Positions 23,812 to 34,512 of a stretch of DNA of 64,000 bases are shown piece by piece (the stretch's first letter is position 1; each line of letters starts with the position of its first letter). A program made the position numbers and the translations under genes. This DNA comes from Diplonema japonicum (Eukaryota > Protista > Euglenozoa: Diplonemea): NCBI GenBank assembly GCA_964019335.1, contig OZ025683.1, forward strand, positions 124,001 to 188,000. The letters run 5' to 3'. The notes under the pieces were generated by a model. That model was not told the origin of the DNA and did not search any database. It worked only from the letters and a program-made list of their open reading frames with translations.

Positions 23812-24009
23812 CTTAAAAGCGTTATGAGAAACGTCCTCCGCCTGATCTTTCTTTCTTTCTTTCTTTCTTTTCCTTTTTTAACCCTTTTTAAGGTCTACAC
23901 AATTCGTTTTTTTCTCCGACAAAAAAGTTACCATCCAATTCTTGATTTGTTTGCATCTATCTGCCTCCTCCACATTTTTGACAGTGAAAAAAAAAGGGGG
24001 GGTGACAAC

Positions 24010-24951
24010 ATGCGGCGCTTGTCGAGCCTGAACGACCTGTGCGGGTGGAGTGGGAGTGATGACAGTGACGAAGAAATAATCTCCTCCGAGAAGGGCAGGA
24101 GGATAAAAGGGAAAGCAAAGCTGTTCGACGCCATCATGAAGTTCGAGGAACAGGCGGCACCTTTGATACCACTGAGACGCAGATCGCTGTCTATAAGAAG
24201 GTCTTCCCAGATCGTGAGGCCTCCACCCCGACGGTTCTCTTTGTATGAGGGAGGGTCTGGACCACAATGGTTATCACGCACAGAGGCCTACGGAAGATGT
24301 GATATTCTACTGTTGCAAAATTCCGAGCGGAAAAAGCTACAAGAACGGTGGGGGGGGACGTTGGGTGAAGAACAACAGAAACCCGAAGAAGAAGCCGAAT
24401 ACATGGAAGGCCTGGTACAGACGTGGAGACAGAGCAGAGCTTCCATACGAAGAGCGAGCATAGCCCTTGTGGACGATATGCCAAAGTCAGAACGGCAAAA
24501 CAGAAGGTTATTGGTCATGGAAGAGGCAGACTGCCGACAACACATAACAACGATGCTGGGAAAGTGTCTTTCTGTCACAGGAGAAGCCGAATCTTGGAGA
24601 TTGCGGTTTCTCGCGCTTGTGAAACGTGAAGTCATAAACCGAGGGAAGATCCTCCAACTGCAGGTGTTGCAACGAGCGGACATGGTATCTATCGAGTCGG
24701 GCAATCGGGCCTGCATCGCCATGAATTGGACCAAACCTATTGTGGCCAAGAAGCCCCCCTCCTCCCACCGTACCCCGCGCACGATGATCTCCTTTCCAGG
24801 ATGTCCTTTTAAAGAAAGACACAATTGTGTATTCTTCGCGTCGCCGCACTTCGACGTTACCCCGCAGCACCTCAACCTCTCCGCAAGGGGCACGTACTCC
24901 GCCCTGCGCTTGCTTAGCCCTCCTGATTGTTTGCCTGCTGCTTTGCAGTAG
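24010..24951 (+). CDS. Hypothetical protein
   Basis: Long ORF with coding-like composition between spacers; no motif recognised. Confidence 0.55.
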   Translation: MRRLSSLNDLCGWSGSDDSDEEIISSEKGRRIKGKAKLFDAIMKFEEQAAPLIPLRRRSLSIRRSSQIVRPPPRRFSLYEGGSGPQWLSRTEAYGRCDILLLQNSERKKLQERWGGTLGEEQQKPEEEAEYMEGLVQTWRQSRASIRRASIALVDDMPKSERQNRRLLVMEEADCRQHITTMLGKCLSVTGEAESWRLRFLALVKREVINRGKILQLQVLQRADMVSIESGNRACIAMNWTKPIVAKKPPSSHRTPRTMISFPGCPFKERHNCVFFASPHFDVTPQHLNLSARGTYSALRLLSPPDCLPAALQ

Positions 24952-25053
24952 GGTTACTAACAAAATGGGAATTTTACTTACTTCTTATTATTTTTTTTTT
25001 TCACACCGCTCCAAAAAATCCAGACAGCACCACCACAAAGGTGGTCCTTCACA

Positions 25054-27270
25054 ATGGCCGGTGTCATGGTAGAGAGCACCGTAAGCGCAGTGCTGATGAC
25101 GGAACGTGAAGCCATGCAAGTGAACGAGAGCAGTGAAGGGATGACCCCTGAAGCGACAAGGGAGTCAGCGTCCAGCAAACCCGAGCAGATGCAACTGGAA
25201 GAAAACACGCTGGTATCTCTTACACCCGAGGAGAAAGCGATGGACATGGACGTGGATGAGGACAAGGATGAGGTGCCGGCAACAACGTCTACCGATGAAG
25301 AGTTGCTCAACGCAGCTGACTTCACAACGCCAACGGAACAGCCTTTGGAAATCCCCATCACAGGTGAAACGCCTGATGCCATGGCGTCCCTTCCAGGCGT
25401 GGCACCCATCACAATGCAAGCATACCAAGCATTGGCTCTTGACAGTCTAGACCCCGACCCTGCTCCTGTACCCGAACCTGTTAAAAACGAAGTGTCGCAA
25501 GATTTCACGCAGACCCTGGAAGATATGCTGAAAACGGTTGTTGCGAATCGTGAGAAGCAAGGCATTGAGGCTCTTGCCTCTAAGTATACAGTACTGGAGG
25601 TGATGGGGTTTCTGCAAAACGGGTTTGAACAAGACGTCGAGAAGGTGCTGTACAAGGCAGGGGAGGTGTTCAAGGGCCACCTGCGGGAGCAAGTCGCCAA
25701 GAACAGCCAAAGAAAAACATACCAACTCAACAACGTAGCGTGGTCGGCAACAGAGCTGGAGTACGACGTGGGGCTGTCAAGCGAAGCACTTCGGAAATGT
25801 GAAGAAAAACAACCCAGTGGAAAGGCGAAACTTCCAGGCAGAGACACCCCGCCTGTAACACCGTCGAAGGTAGGCGACAAGACACCGCCCACGGAGCCAT
25901 CCCCAATGGCGAAGAAGAAACCTCTACAAACGAAGAAAAAAGAAGCCGGTTTACAACTGACACAATACTTCACGGTGAAGGAAAAGAAAAAAGAAAAAGA
26001 ACCGGGTACACCAACGTTAGCTGCACCCGCTCTAGGAGCCTTCGTTCTAAAGGAAGGAACACGATACACCCCTTACGATATGTATGCCTTTGACAAGCTG
26101 ACACAAATCGACGGGTCCTGCAAGACAAAAGCATACACGTTACCAGGCGAGAAACCATCGAAGGGACGAAAAATACCACTATCAGTCCCCACACTTGAAG
26201 ACCTTCTGTCAAGAAAGCACCCTTTGGACCTAGAAGACGTGAGAGAAGCCATCAACGATGCCTACGCAAAGGGGAGCGTGAACATGTTCCACACATTGGT
26301 TTCAAGAGGAAGCACACCCTTAGAAGTCGTCGCGTTAAAGGACCACGGTCAGCTGCAATACGTAGGGTCTGCACCTGATCCAACTAAAGAGATGTCGGCA
26401 GTGTGGCCGGTGGATGAACGCATGCCCCGTGACACAAAGGAAGTCGATTACGACGACTTCTCGGACGGTTACAGTGAGAACGAAAGTGCTGCTTCGGGTT
26501 CATCTCTCGGTGATTCAGTAGAAGCAAGCGAGGACAGTGAAGGAGCCGGATCTTTTGTGGAAGACGAGTCTGAAGAAGACATGCCGACAGCCCGGTCAGC
26601 ACAGGACGATTGCATTCGCATAGAAGGCCCCTTGAAGCATCTGACCTTTGCCTCGGCAGACAGCCGCAACTTTGTCCCCCTTTCACAGATTGCCACACCA
26701 GTGTGCACGCTTCCCATTGGATCTTGTTTGAAGGTTCCTTTGAAGGATTATTATTATAGGGAAGTGATGAAGCGGCATTTGGACGGGGCTGTGAAGATCC
26801 CTGAAGGTTTGTCGCAGGAAGGGGATTTATTCGCAGAGGGTGTGGAACAACGACGCGCTGCCGCCCAGAAAGTTGTCTGGGATGAATCGTTGAAAATGCT
26901 CCTCGAGCTTGTGCATTGTTCCTTCCATTCCATTCTGTACCTGGTGGATAGTTTCAGGGAGAAATGCCCCATGTTTAGTAAATCCGCTGTCAGCAATAAG
27001 ATCAAGGAGGTGGCAGCAAAGGACCCTGCACGAGCTAATGCTTGGATGGTCCGGCCAACTCTTTTGGAACAGTTAGATCTCACTGAGCTCAGTGAAAAGC
27101 TCCCCATTCTCGTGGCTCCACCGTTACCCGTCGCGAGACGAGCTACAGGCAGGAACAGCACCGGGGGCAAGGACGAGGACAGCCCTACAAACGGGAAGAA
27201 AAAAACCACCGGAAAACCTGCAAGCTCCGCAAAGAAGAAGAAGTTGAACCATCCGGTGTTTGGGAAGTGA
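25054..27270 (+). CDS. Chromatin assembly factor 1 large subunit (CAF1A/Cac1)-like
   Basis: Acidic DYDDFSD..E..GSSL..SFVEDE segment resembles the CAF1A domain. C-terminal winged-helix-like LVH..SKSAVSNKIKEVA..WMV. Basic NLS-like tail. Confidence 0.65.
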   Translation: MAGVMVESTVSAVLMTEREAMQVNESSEGMTPEATRESASSKPEQMQLEENTLVSLTPEEKAMDMDVDEDKDEVPATTSTDEELLNAADFTTPTEQPLEIPITGETPDAMASLPGVAPITMQAYQALALDSLDPDPAPVPEPVKNEVSQDFTQTLEDMLKTVVANREKQGIEALASKYTVLEVMGFLQNGFEQDVEKVLYKAGEVFKGHLREQVAKNSQRKTYQLNNVAWSATELEYDVGLSSEALRKCEEKQPSGKAKLPGRDTPPVTPSKVGDKTPPTEPSPMAKKKPLQTKKKEAGLQLTQYFTVKEKKKEKEPGTPTLAAPALGAFVLKEGTRYTPYDMYAFDKLTQIDGSCKTKAYTLPGEKPSKGRKIPLSVPTLEDLLSRKHPLDLEDVREAINDAYAKGSVNMFHTLVSRGSTPLEVVALKDHGQLQYVGSAPDPTKEMSAVWPVDERMPRDTKEVDYDDFSDGYSENESAASGSSLGDSVEASEDSEGAGSFVEDESEEDMPTARSAQDDCIRIEGPLKHLTFASADSRNFVPLSQIATPVCTLPIGSCLKVPLKDYYYREVMKRHLDGAVKIPEGLSQEGDLFAEGVEQRRAAAQKVVWDESLKMLLELVHCSFHSILYLVDSFREKCPMFSKSAVSNKIKEVAAKDPARANAWMVRPTLLEQLDLTELSEKLPILVAPPLPVARRATGRNSTGGKDEDSPTNGKKKTTGKPASSAKKKKLNHPVFGK

Positions 27271-27867
27271 CAACATATATGGGTGCTACTCTCCCCCCCC
27301 CCCCCCCCCCCCTTCCCCGTTGTTTTTTTTATTTTATTTTGAATATGTAAGTGTTAGATTTTTTTTTGTGTCTAAATTTTTTGTGTTTATTATTTTTTTT
27401 TTGTGGCGGAGGGGCGTCGAAATAGAAGGGAGAAATGGGATGGTGTGAGAAGACAAAAAAAAAAAGAAAAATCGTCGTTGTTGCGATGTGGGGGGGGGGG
27501 GGGGGGGGGAGAATACTATTGACATCCCTCGTTCTTGCTCATATTCCCTATTTTTTTACCCCCCCTTTTGTCTCTTTTTTTTTCTATTTTTCCCTCCCCC
27601 CACTTTCCCCATTTCTTTTGTGTGCAGAAGAAATCTGTTTAATTACTACTTTTTTTTTCCAGGGCGGGAGAGAGAAATAAGGGAAAAGAAAAAAAGGAAA
27701 AAAAAAATATCCCTCCTTTTTTTTTTCCGCACCCCCCCTCACGTCATTGATTATTTTTTACCCCTCCCACCCAGCTACGTTTTTTTGTTGATTGTTTTTT
27801 TTTTTTTTTTTTTTTTTTACCCGTGCAAAAAAAAAAAAAAAAAAGTGGTGAGTTCCTACACAAGAAA

Positions 27868-28242
27868 ATGGCCGATGGAAACATAGAGGAAGTGGTGCGA
27901 AAAATAAACAAAGAAAAGGGGGTAAAGGGTTTTATTATTATAAATGCTGAGGGTATCCCCATAAAGGACTCATTCGACGAAGCAGAACCCAAGATGCTGA
28001 CGATACACTACTCTGCACTGATCACTTCTCTTGTAGCCAAGGCAAGAGCTGCAATCAGAGATCTAGACACCACAAACGAGCTTACCTTCCTCCGCTTGCG
28101 GTCAAAAAAACATGAAATTCTAATTGCCCCAGATAAGGTATGACTCAACAAAAAAAAAAATAAAATAAAATAAAAAAAATCCCCCCCTCCCTCTCCCCAG
28201 GATTACATCTTAATTGTCATACAAGAACCGATATGCGAGTAA
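27868..28242 (+). CDS. DYNLRB: Dynein light chain roadblock/LC7; intron 28138-28200
   Basis: IRDLDTTNELTFLRLRSKKHEILIAPDK|DYILIVIQEP is the roadblock signature. Confidence 0.95.
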
Positions 28243-28460
28243 CAAAAAAAAAAAAAAAAAAAAAAAAAAAAGCACCTCCCCCTGATAAGGGCAAAACAAA
28301 AAAGTCTTCCTCTTGTTAATAACCTTTTTTTTTTTTTTTTTAAAGTGGACCTATATAATTGTTATTTCTTTACCTTATACGTATTCTTTAAATTCTAACG
28401 TGATACAGGTGGGAAGGGGAGAGGAAGAGGAGGAGGAAGAAGGTGAGGAAAAATATCTCG

Positions 28461-28667
28461 ATGACAAAGATTGCGAAAGTAGCCCGGCCACGGAACGGAG
28501 TGTACGGAAAGTCGGAAGGGACCTTCTTCGCCTACGTGCCTAAGGTCCCCGACGCAGGACCGAAATTCTTGTATCATTTGCACGGCCCTTACCCGGCCAA
28601 CACACAGCACAGAGAAATGAAGGCCGTCCTCTCAAGCGAGTGGGAACACCGTGCGAAATTTTCCTGA
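28461..28667 (+). CDS. Small 68-aa hypothetical protein
   Basis: Balanced-composition ORF between homopolymer spacers, with ATG and TGA followed by A/T tracts like other genes. Confidence 0.6.
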   Translation: MTKIAKVARPRNGVYGKSEGTFFAYVPKVPDAGPKFLYHLHGPYPANTQHREMKAVLSSEWEHRAKFS

Positions 28668-28705
28668 ATTAAAAAAAAAAATTTTTTTTTTCTTACACGG
28701 TGGGT

Positions 28706-28749
<44 letters not shown>

Positions 28750-28882
28750 CCCCCACTCCATCCGCATTCCAACAACACACCAGAGGGAGGAGGGCAGGGG
28801 AGGGAGGTGGAGGTAGGGACGTTGGAGAGAATATATATATATATTTCTTTTTTTTTAAAAAAAAAAGAGGGAAAAAAAAAAT

Positions 28883-30037
28883 ATGCAAGGCCGGGCATGC
28901 CTAACCTCAATTGTCTTGCTGCTGTTGACGACAACAGAATGCATGATAATAAAACCCATGGAAAAGTACAGACCAGTTGACTACCCCAACAACGGCCTCC
29001 TACACTACTGGAACGAGTGCTCGGTCCTGGACCCAACGATGTTGGAACAACGACTGAACCGGTCACTGCGGAGAATCTCACAACAAGACGCAGCGCTGGC
29101 AGAGGTGAAACGAGTACTCATTCTATATTACAACGAAAAATCCTCCGGTGCCACCGCACCCTCCCTTCACTTAATAGGACCATGCGGAGAAGGTAAAACA
29201 ACAGTCTCAGAACTCATCGGAGAAGCCATCTCCCTCAAAACATCAGACAACGAAAGACCCTGCGGCCTAATACGGCACTACATCCCAAGCAACGGGATCG
29301 ACATGTGGAAACCACTTTCAAAACAACTCATCAACTACTTCAAGAACAACCCAAGGAGAGTAGGCGTGGTCGTTATCGACGACGTCAGCAAGATCAACAG
29401 ACAAGACATCGATCCAGCGCACAAAATCCATGTTGTGAATGTTATAAGAAGACTAGTAGAACATGAAGACGTATTGGACACCGACGGTCGGCCAGTTTCA
29501 ATAAAAAACGCAATTGTAATACTGACGTCGGACTTCGGCAACAGAAAAGATTATGAAGACGATGACGACGTTGAACCTGATACGCCTGCGGAGGACTACC
29601 TCAGAATCATCCGACGACGGTGCGAAAAACTAGCGAGGATTGACGAACAGATCTTTTCCAACGATCATAGGCTTGCCGGGGGTACTAAGAAAATACCTTT
29701 CGACCCCCTTATGGACCACAACGATTTTATCAAGATCGTGATGAACTATCTTAGGCAGAAGGCTGCGAAGTTGGATGTCACCATTGACGTTGATGCTGAT
29801 TCTCTGAAGCAGTACGTTCTTCTCTCCACCCCGGTCGCTCCTGCGGGAGAGCGGTACCCTTTGGGAGGGGGGCGGATGGTCCAGAACGATGTCATTGCGC
29901 ATCTTAACATCCCTCCCCATCCCAAGACGGGAACTAAGCTTGTCTTGACGTTTAAGGGAAATAAATGCACCTCAATTTGGTTCGACGCGAACGGTAAGAA
30001 AGCTGACAATGATGCTGATAGTGAGGAAGAACTTTGA
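28883..30037 (+). CDS. Torsin-like / ClpB-NBD2-like AAA+ ATPase with signal peptide
   Basis: Hydrophobic N-terminal signal. SLHLIGPCGEGKT (Walker A), VVIDDVSK (Walker B), NAIVILTSD (sensor 1), IPFDPL, GGRMV (sensor-2 position). Confidence 0.75.
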   Translation: MQGRACLTSIVLLLLTTTECMIIKPMEKYRPVDYPNNGLLHYWNECSVLDPTMLEQRLNRSLRRISQQDAALAEVKRVLILYYNEKSSGATAPSLHLIGPCGEGKTTVSELIGEAISLKTSDNERPCGLIRHYIPSNGIDMWKPLSKQLINYFKNNPRRVGVVVIDDVSKINRQDIDPAHKIHVVNVIRRLVEHEDVLDTDGRPVSIKNAIVILTSDFGNRKDYEDDDDVEPDTPAEDYLRIIRRRCEKLARIDEQIFSNDHRLAGGTKKIPFDPLMDHNDFIKIVMNYLRQKAAKLDVTIDVDADSLKQYVLLSTPVAPAGERYPLGGGRMVQNDVIAHLNIPPHPKTGTKLVLTFKGNKCTSIWFDANGKKADNDADSEEEL

Positions 30038-30443
30038 AGAGAGGGGGGGGGGGGGGGGAAGAGGGAGATGTGGGTGTAGTGTAACTCCTTTTTATTTTTT
30101 TATTGTTTACCCTTCATATCTCTAACATGATCGAAACAAAAAAAAAAATAGTCAGAGGAAGTTTTTTTTTTTTTTTTCTTTCCTTCTCTGAGGGGGGTTT
30201 ACACCAAGGGGGGAGAATGAAATTTTTGAAATGAAATAAAAATAACTAACTTTCAAAAAAAAAAAAAAAAAAAAGAGGCCCGCACCACGAAAAGTACTTA
30301 GATCACTTTAGAGATATGAAAGGGAGAGGTTTCTTATTTTTTTTTGTTTTTGTTTGTTTTGTATCTTTTTTTTTTTTCTTTTATGTTTGCTTTTTTTTTT
30401 GTTTTCCTTAAATACATTTTTCACCGTAGGGGAAGAAAAAAAA

Positions 30444-31235
30444 ATGGGCAGAAAGAGCGTGCGAAACTCCCCGCCGGCCAGCAAGCAGGATGAAGAGGAC
30501 CTGCCGAACACGCAGGACAGCAACAACAGCAAACTGTTCAGAAGAAGCCTTTCTGTCTCACGAAGCCAAAGCAAAGAAGAAATAGAAAACAGCATTAGCC
30601 GTGACGGGGGGGACGAATCGAAGGAAGAAAACGCCCGCAAATGGTCACATCTGACCAACGTTAATTTTGTAGTTCCAATGCTGCTGCTACTCGCAGCAGT
30701 TACGGCAGCCATAATCGCGGACAGGGCGGGGTTGGCAGGTATTCTACAAACCGCGAAAAAGGAAAATCCATCATGGAGAAAAGAAAGCATTTCGATGAGA
30801 AAAGAACAAAGCTCCCTGTACAGATTCTTAAATGTAAGGCGTTGGGAAGAAGGCCCAAAGTTGATGATATTTGTAGGGCCGAAGGAGGAGTGCAATAAAG
30901 CACTTACAACTTACGGGAAAATGCTTGGTGCAGAGAGGCTCAACATCACACACGAAGATATGAAAACCAAACGAGACTTCAGCCCCCACCGAACGGGGCC
31001 TGTCCTGTTTACAATACCGCTTAAGGGTGCCGACCCCATCGCCGCAGATGACTTTGGCCACCACCTCAAAACCATTATGGACACGAAACAGCTCGGGTCT
31101 TCCGAATGGCACTTCGTCTTTACCATCACCGACGCACCGCGACACGAAGGCCCGTACACCATCCAAGACGCCATGAGGCTTAACTGCTTTACCTCCGACA
31201 GATTGTACCACATTATTAGAGCTGTGCACATGTAA
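30444..31235 (+). CDS. Single-pass membrane protein with degenerate AAA-like C-terminal domain (LAP1/LULL1-like candidate)
   Basis: Charged Ser-rich N-terminus, one TM (FVVPMLLLLAAVTAAIIA), then an alpha/beta domain with strands PKLMIFVG, PVLFTI and WHFVFTI and no GKT. Confidence 0.5.
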   Translation: MGRKSVRNSPPASKQDEEDLPNTQDSNNSKLFRRSLSVSRSQSKEEIENSISRDGGDESKEENARKWSHLTNVNFVVPMLLLLAAVTAAIIADRAGLAGILQTAKKENPSWRKESISMRKEQSSLYRFLNVRRWEEGPKLMIFVGPKEECNKALTTYGKMLGAERLNITHEDMKTKRDFSPHRTGPVLFTIPLKGADPIAADDFGHHLKTIMDTKQLGSSEWHFVFTITDAPRHEGPYTIQDAMRLNCFTSDRLYHIIRAVHM

Positions 31236-31338
31236 ACCAAAAAAAAAAAAAAAAAAAAAAAAAAGTGTTGGTGGGTTCCCCCCCCCTTTTTTTTTCCTGT
31301 CCTCTTTACCTTTTTTTTGTTACAACTTTTTTTTTTCT

Positions 31339-31373
<35 letters not shown>

Positions 31374-31498
31374 GCTCCAAAAAACACCTTTTTACAAACA
31401 GACGTTCATCCATTCTTTTTTTTTTTTTTTTTTACTATCACAGGAGTGGTGCGTGGGCAACAACAACAATAACAAAAAAAAAAAAAATAGTAATAATA

Positions 31499-33331
31499 AT
31501 GATACGCGCCGTGTGTGCACTGCTCACGCAAGTGACATATGTCAGCACCGCCTCTGTATGGGTCACCGCCGGACAACATGAAAAACACCCGGTGGCGGAC
31601 ATACACGAGGCCTTGGAGAAAACACGGTTCATGCCCAACGCCAAGATAACACTGTCGGAAGGGGTGCACCACGTCCACGAGACCATAACCATGGGAAAGG
31701 ACCACCAAAGGGTTACAATAGAAGGAGAAGGAGAAGGCGCTGTACTAAACGGAGGTGTCACTGTACCATCCCACCAGTTCACCCCGTCCAACCTCGGCGG
31801 AAACATAGTCCAAGCCAATCTACAGAACACCATCCGTCTTGGTGAAGTCACGTATTCCAACAGCCTTTCAAGCTGTTCAAACTCAAAATCCGAGCTGTAT
31901 TTAAACGGAAACCGAATGACAGTAGCTCGATACCCTAACATAAACCAAACCACTGGCTACTGGGAATGGATGCTTGTTTCAAGCACTGATTCAAGTGAAC
32001 CCAACAGTTTCTACTATTCACAAACTGACGAAGAACACATTTTGAAGTCGAAAAACGACACATCAGCATCTCTCCACGGGTATTGGGGAAACGACTGGGG
32101 CGACAATTACGTAAAAATGTCAGGTGTCGATGCAACACACAGAAGGATCACCGTGAACAGTTCAACACCATTTGTCTACCCTGTCAAGGCCAACGCAAGG
32201 TTTATGATAGTAGATTCGCTGGAACAACTTGATTCGCAAGGGGAGTACTTTATAGACAGAGTATCGAGGGTGTTGTACTTCTACCCGCCGCGGCCGTTGC
32301 TGCCTGGTGACGAAATTGTTTTGTCGAACCTGACAACGGTTTTGAAAATCAGCAACGGGGTGAACCATGTTCTTGACAATGTTTCGGTGAAATATTCCTC
32401 CGGAACAAATCTTGTGATGGACAATGTCAACGGTACGAGTGCTTCAAACGGTGACTTCTCCTGCGCGGCAGACCAGGCTGTTTCATTGTCAGGTTACTCT
32501 AACATCATTGAAAACAGCGTCTTCACACAGACTGGCTGCCACGGTGTGACAATTAACGGGGGCGATGTTGTTTCATTAACACGGGGGGACAACGTATTCT
32601 CCGGGAATTTAGTATCGAACTTCTCTAACTGGAAGCGGACTTACGTTCCGGGAATATCGTGGGCGGGTGTCGGCAACATGTTCAAGAACAATATTGTAAG
32701 GTACGGTCCCCACTCTGGGATACTGGGGAAAGGCAACGACAATATTTTCGAGAACAACCTCCTTCAAAATCTAGCGTACGAAACTTTAGACACCGGGGCA
32801 TGGTACTCCGGGCGGTCGTGGATCGCGAGAAACAACACTATTTTGAACAATACTTTTGTCGATGTTCGCACCGCGGTTCCCGTTCATCTTGGGTTTCCGA
32901 GCGTACAAGGCGTTTACAACGACGATCAGCTTAGTGATAACAATATGATAAACAATACTTTCATTCGCTGCCAATGTGGAACCTTCATTGGCGGGGGAAG
33001 GCGGCACACGGTGACAGGGAACACCTACATCAACGTGTCATCCCCTATGCACATTGACAATAGGGGGCAGACATGGGAGGCCTCTTACTGCACCGCCCCC
33101 AACGGGACCTTTTGGGAGGAGATGTATGCTGTAAACTACACCCTGCCGCCTTACAGTACTGCTTACCCGGAGCTTTTAGATGTTGATTCACCGTGTGTCC
33201 CTGTGCATAATGTTGTGTCCTTCAACAGATATTGTGGAGCTGGGGCATCGGGTTTTGCTGATTTTAGCGATGCCCAGGCCAAAGCATGGGGTGTGACCAT
33301 GGAAGGGAACATCGAGTTCGGTGGTTGTTGA
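31499..33331 (+). CDS. Secreted right-handed parallel beta-helix protein (GH141-like architecture)
   Basis: Signal peptide; ELYLNG.RM..ARYPN, LD..GEYFID..LYFYPP, Asn-ladder repeats, DTGAWY, GVYNDD. Confidence 0.8.
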   Translation: MIRAVCALLTQVTYVSTASVWVTAGQHEKHPVADIHEALEKTRFMPNAKITLSEGVHHVHETITMGKDHQRVTIEGEGEGAVLNGGVTVPSHQFTPSNLGGNIVQANLQNTIRLGEVTYSNSLSSCSNSKSELYLNGNRMTVARYPNINQTTGYWEWMLVSSTDSSEPNSFYYSQTDEEHILKSKNDTSASLHGYWGNDWGDNYVKMSGVDATHRRITVNSSTPFVYPVKANARFMIVDSLEQLDSQGEYFIDRVSRVLYFYPPRPLLPGDEIVLSNLTTVLKISNGVNHVLDNVSVKYSSGTNLVMDNVNGTSASNGDFSCAADQAVSLSGYSNIIENSVFTQTGCHGVTINGGDVVSLTRGDNVFSGNLVSNFSNWKRTYVPGISWAGVGNMFKNNIVRYGPHSGILGKGNDNIFENNLLQNLAYETLDTGAWYSGRSWIARNNTILNNTFVDVRTAVPVHLGFPSVQGVYNDDQLSDNNMINNTFIRCQCGTFIGGGRRHTVTGNTYINVSSPMHIDNRGQTWEASYCTAPNGTFWEEMYAVNYTLPPYSTAYPELLDVDSPCVPVHNVVSFNRYCGAGASGFADFSDAQAKAWGVTMEGNIEFGGC

Positions 33332-33819
33332 GATTTTTTTTTTTTTTTTTTTTTTTTTAAATGTCACATTTTGATTTTTTTTTATAGTGATGCAACAAGA
33401 AGAAAACCAAATTTACTGTTCACTTTGCAGTACTTTGTTTGGAAGGTTTTTTTTTTTTGTGATTTTGTCAGAAGAAAAAAGAAAAATGTTGACAACAAGT
33501 TTGTTTCCCCTCCCCCCTTTTTTTTGTTTTCTAGGTGGACGGGTGACCGGCTGAGCACCCCACCGAAATTCTATGTCGAATCCCCCATCCCCTTTTTCAA
33601 AACTTGATTTTGTTTCTTGCAAGTATTCCGCCCCTCGTAAAAAAAAAAAAAAAAAAGGATTCTCCTTTTTTTTTCCTTTTTTCTTTCCGTGTTGCAAACG
33701 TTTTCTCTCTTTAAAAAAAAGGGGGAGGTTTTTCATTTCCCCCTTCTTCTTTTTTTTTCTCCGTAAAAAAAAAAAAAAAGAAAACTGAAAAAAGGAGAGA
33801 AAAAAAATATTTAAAAAAA

Positions 33820-34072
33820 ATGAGCACCCTCTCTTTTGCTGAAGGTAAGCCTGACGACGAGTGGGGTGAGAAACTAGCTGAAGGGATCTACATACTGAAT
33901 AGGAAAAAGAAAAGCGTAGACCAGTCAAAATTACTGTTGGGAAGTATGTTGTAAACAATACAAAAAAAAAAAAAAAAAAAAAAAAAGGTGGAGATGTAAG
34001 ATTATACCCCGACGAAATTAAAAGACTACAAGAGTGCATAACTCAGTTATCCAAGTCAAACAGGTAAGACGG

Positions 34073-34103
<31 letters not shown>

Positions 34104-34357
34104 AACTCGAAAGCGCTCTGAATGAAGACCCTGACGAAGTCGAGTACAGCCTGGCTATACGGGAAAACAGGGTCATTGTGGACGACATAAAAAAACAAAT
34201 CGCGGATATGGAGAACGAGCTCACTGCAAAAGGGTTCGCTAGTATGGTGGAGACGAAGAAGTGCACGCAACATATTTTGGAGGACGAGGAAGAGGAAGAA
34301 AAAACCGTGGCGGGCGAGCCTGCCCCTGTAGAAGACGAGGACACTTTGGTACTTTAG
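33820..34357 (+). CDS. Tma17/Adc17-like small coiled-coil protein; introns 33845-33919, 33944-33987, 34064-34101
   Basis: Spliced product MSTLSFAEDQ..EIKRLQECITQLSKSNRELE..AIRENRVIV..LVL resembles the Tma17 EI..SI..L..SN..L..I.EN pattern. The frame is continuous after removing three GT-AG introns. Confidence 0.7.
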
Positions 34358-34370
34358 AAATTTTAAAAAA

Positions 34371-34407
<37 letters not shown>

Positions 34408-34512
34408 CATCCTTGCCCGACCCTTTTTTTTTTTTTTTTTTTTCCCTTTTTAATTTTTCCTCCCCCTTTTTTTTTTCTCCAACCCCAAAAGAGTACACGG
34501 TATAAAAAAAAA

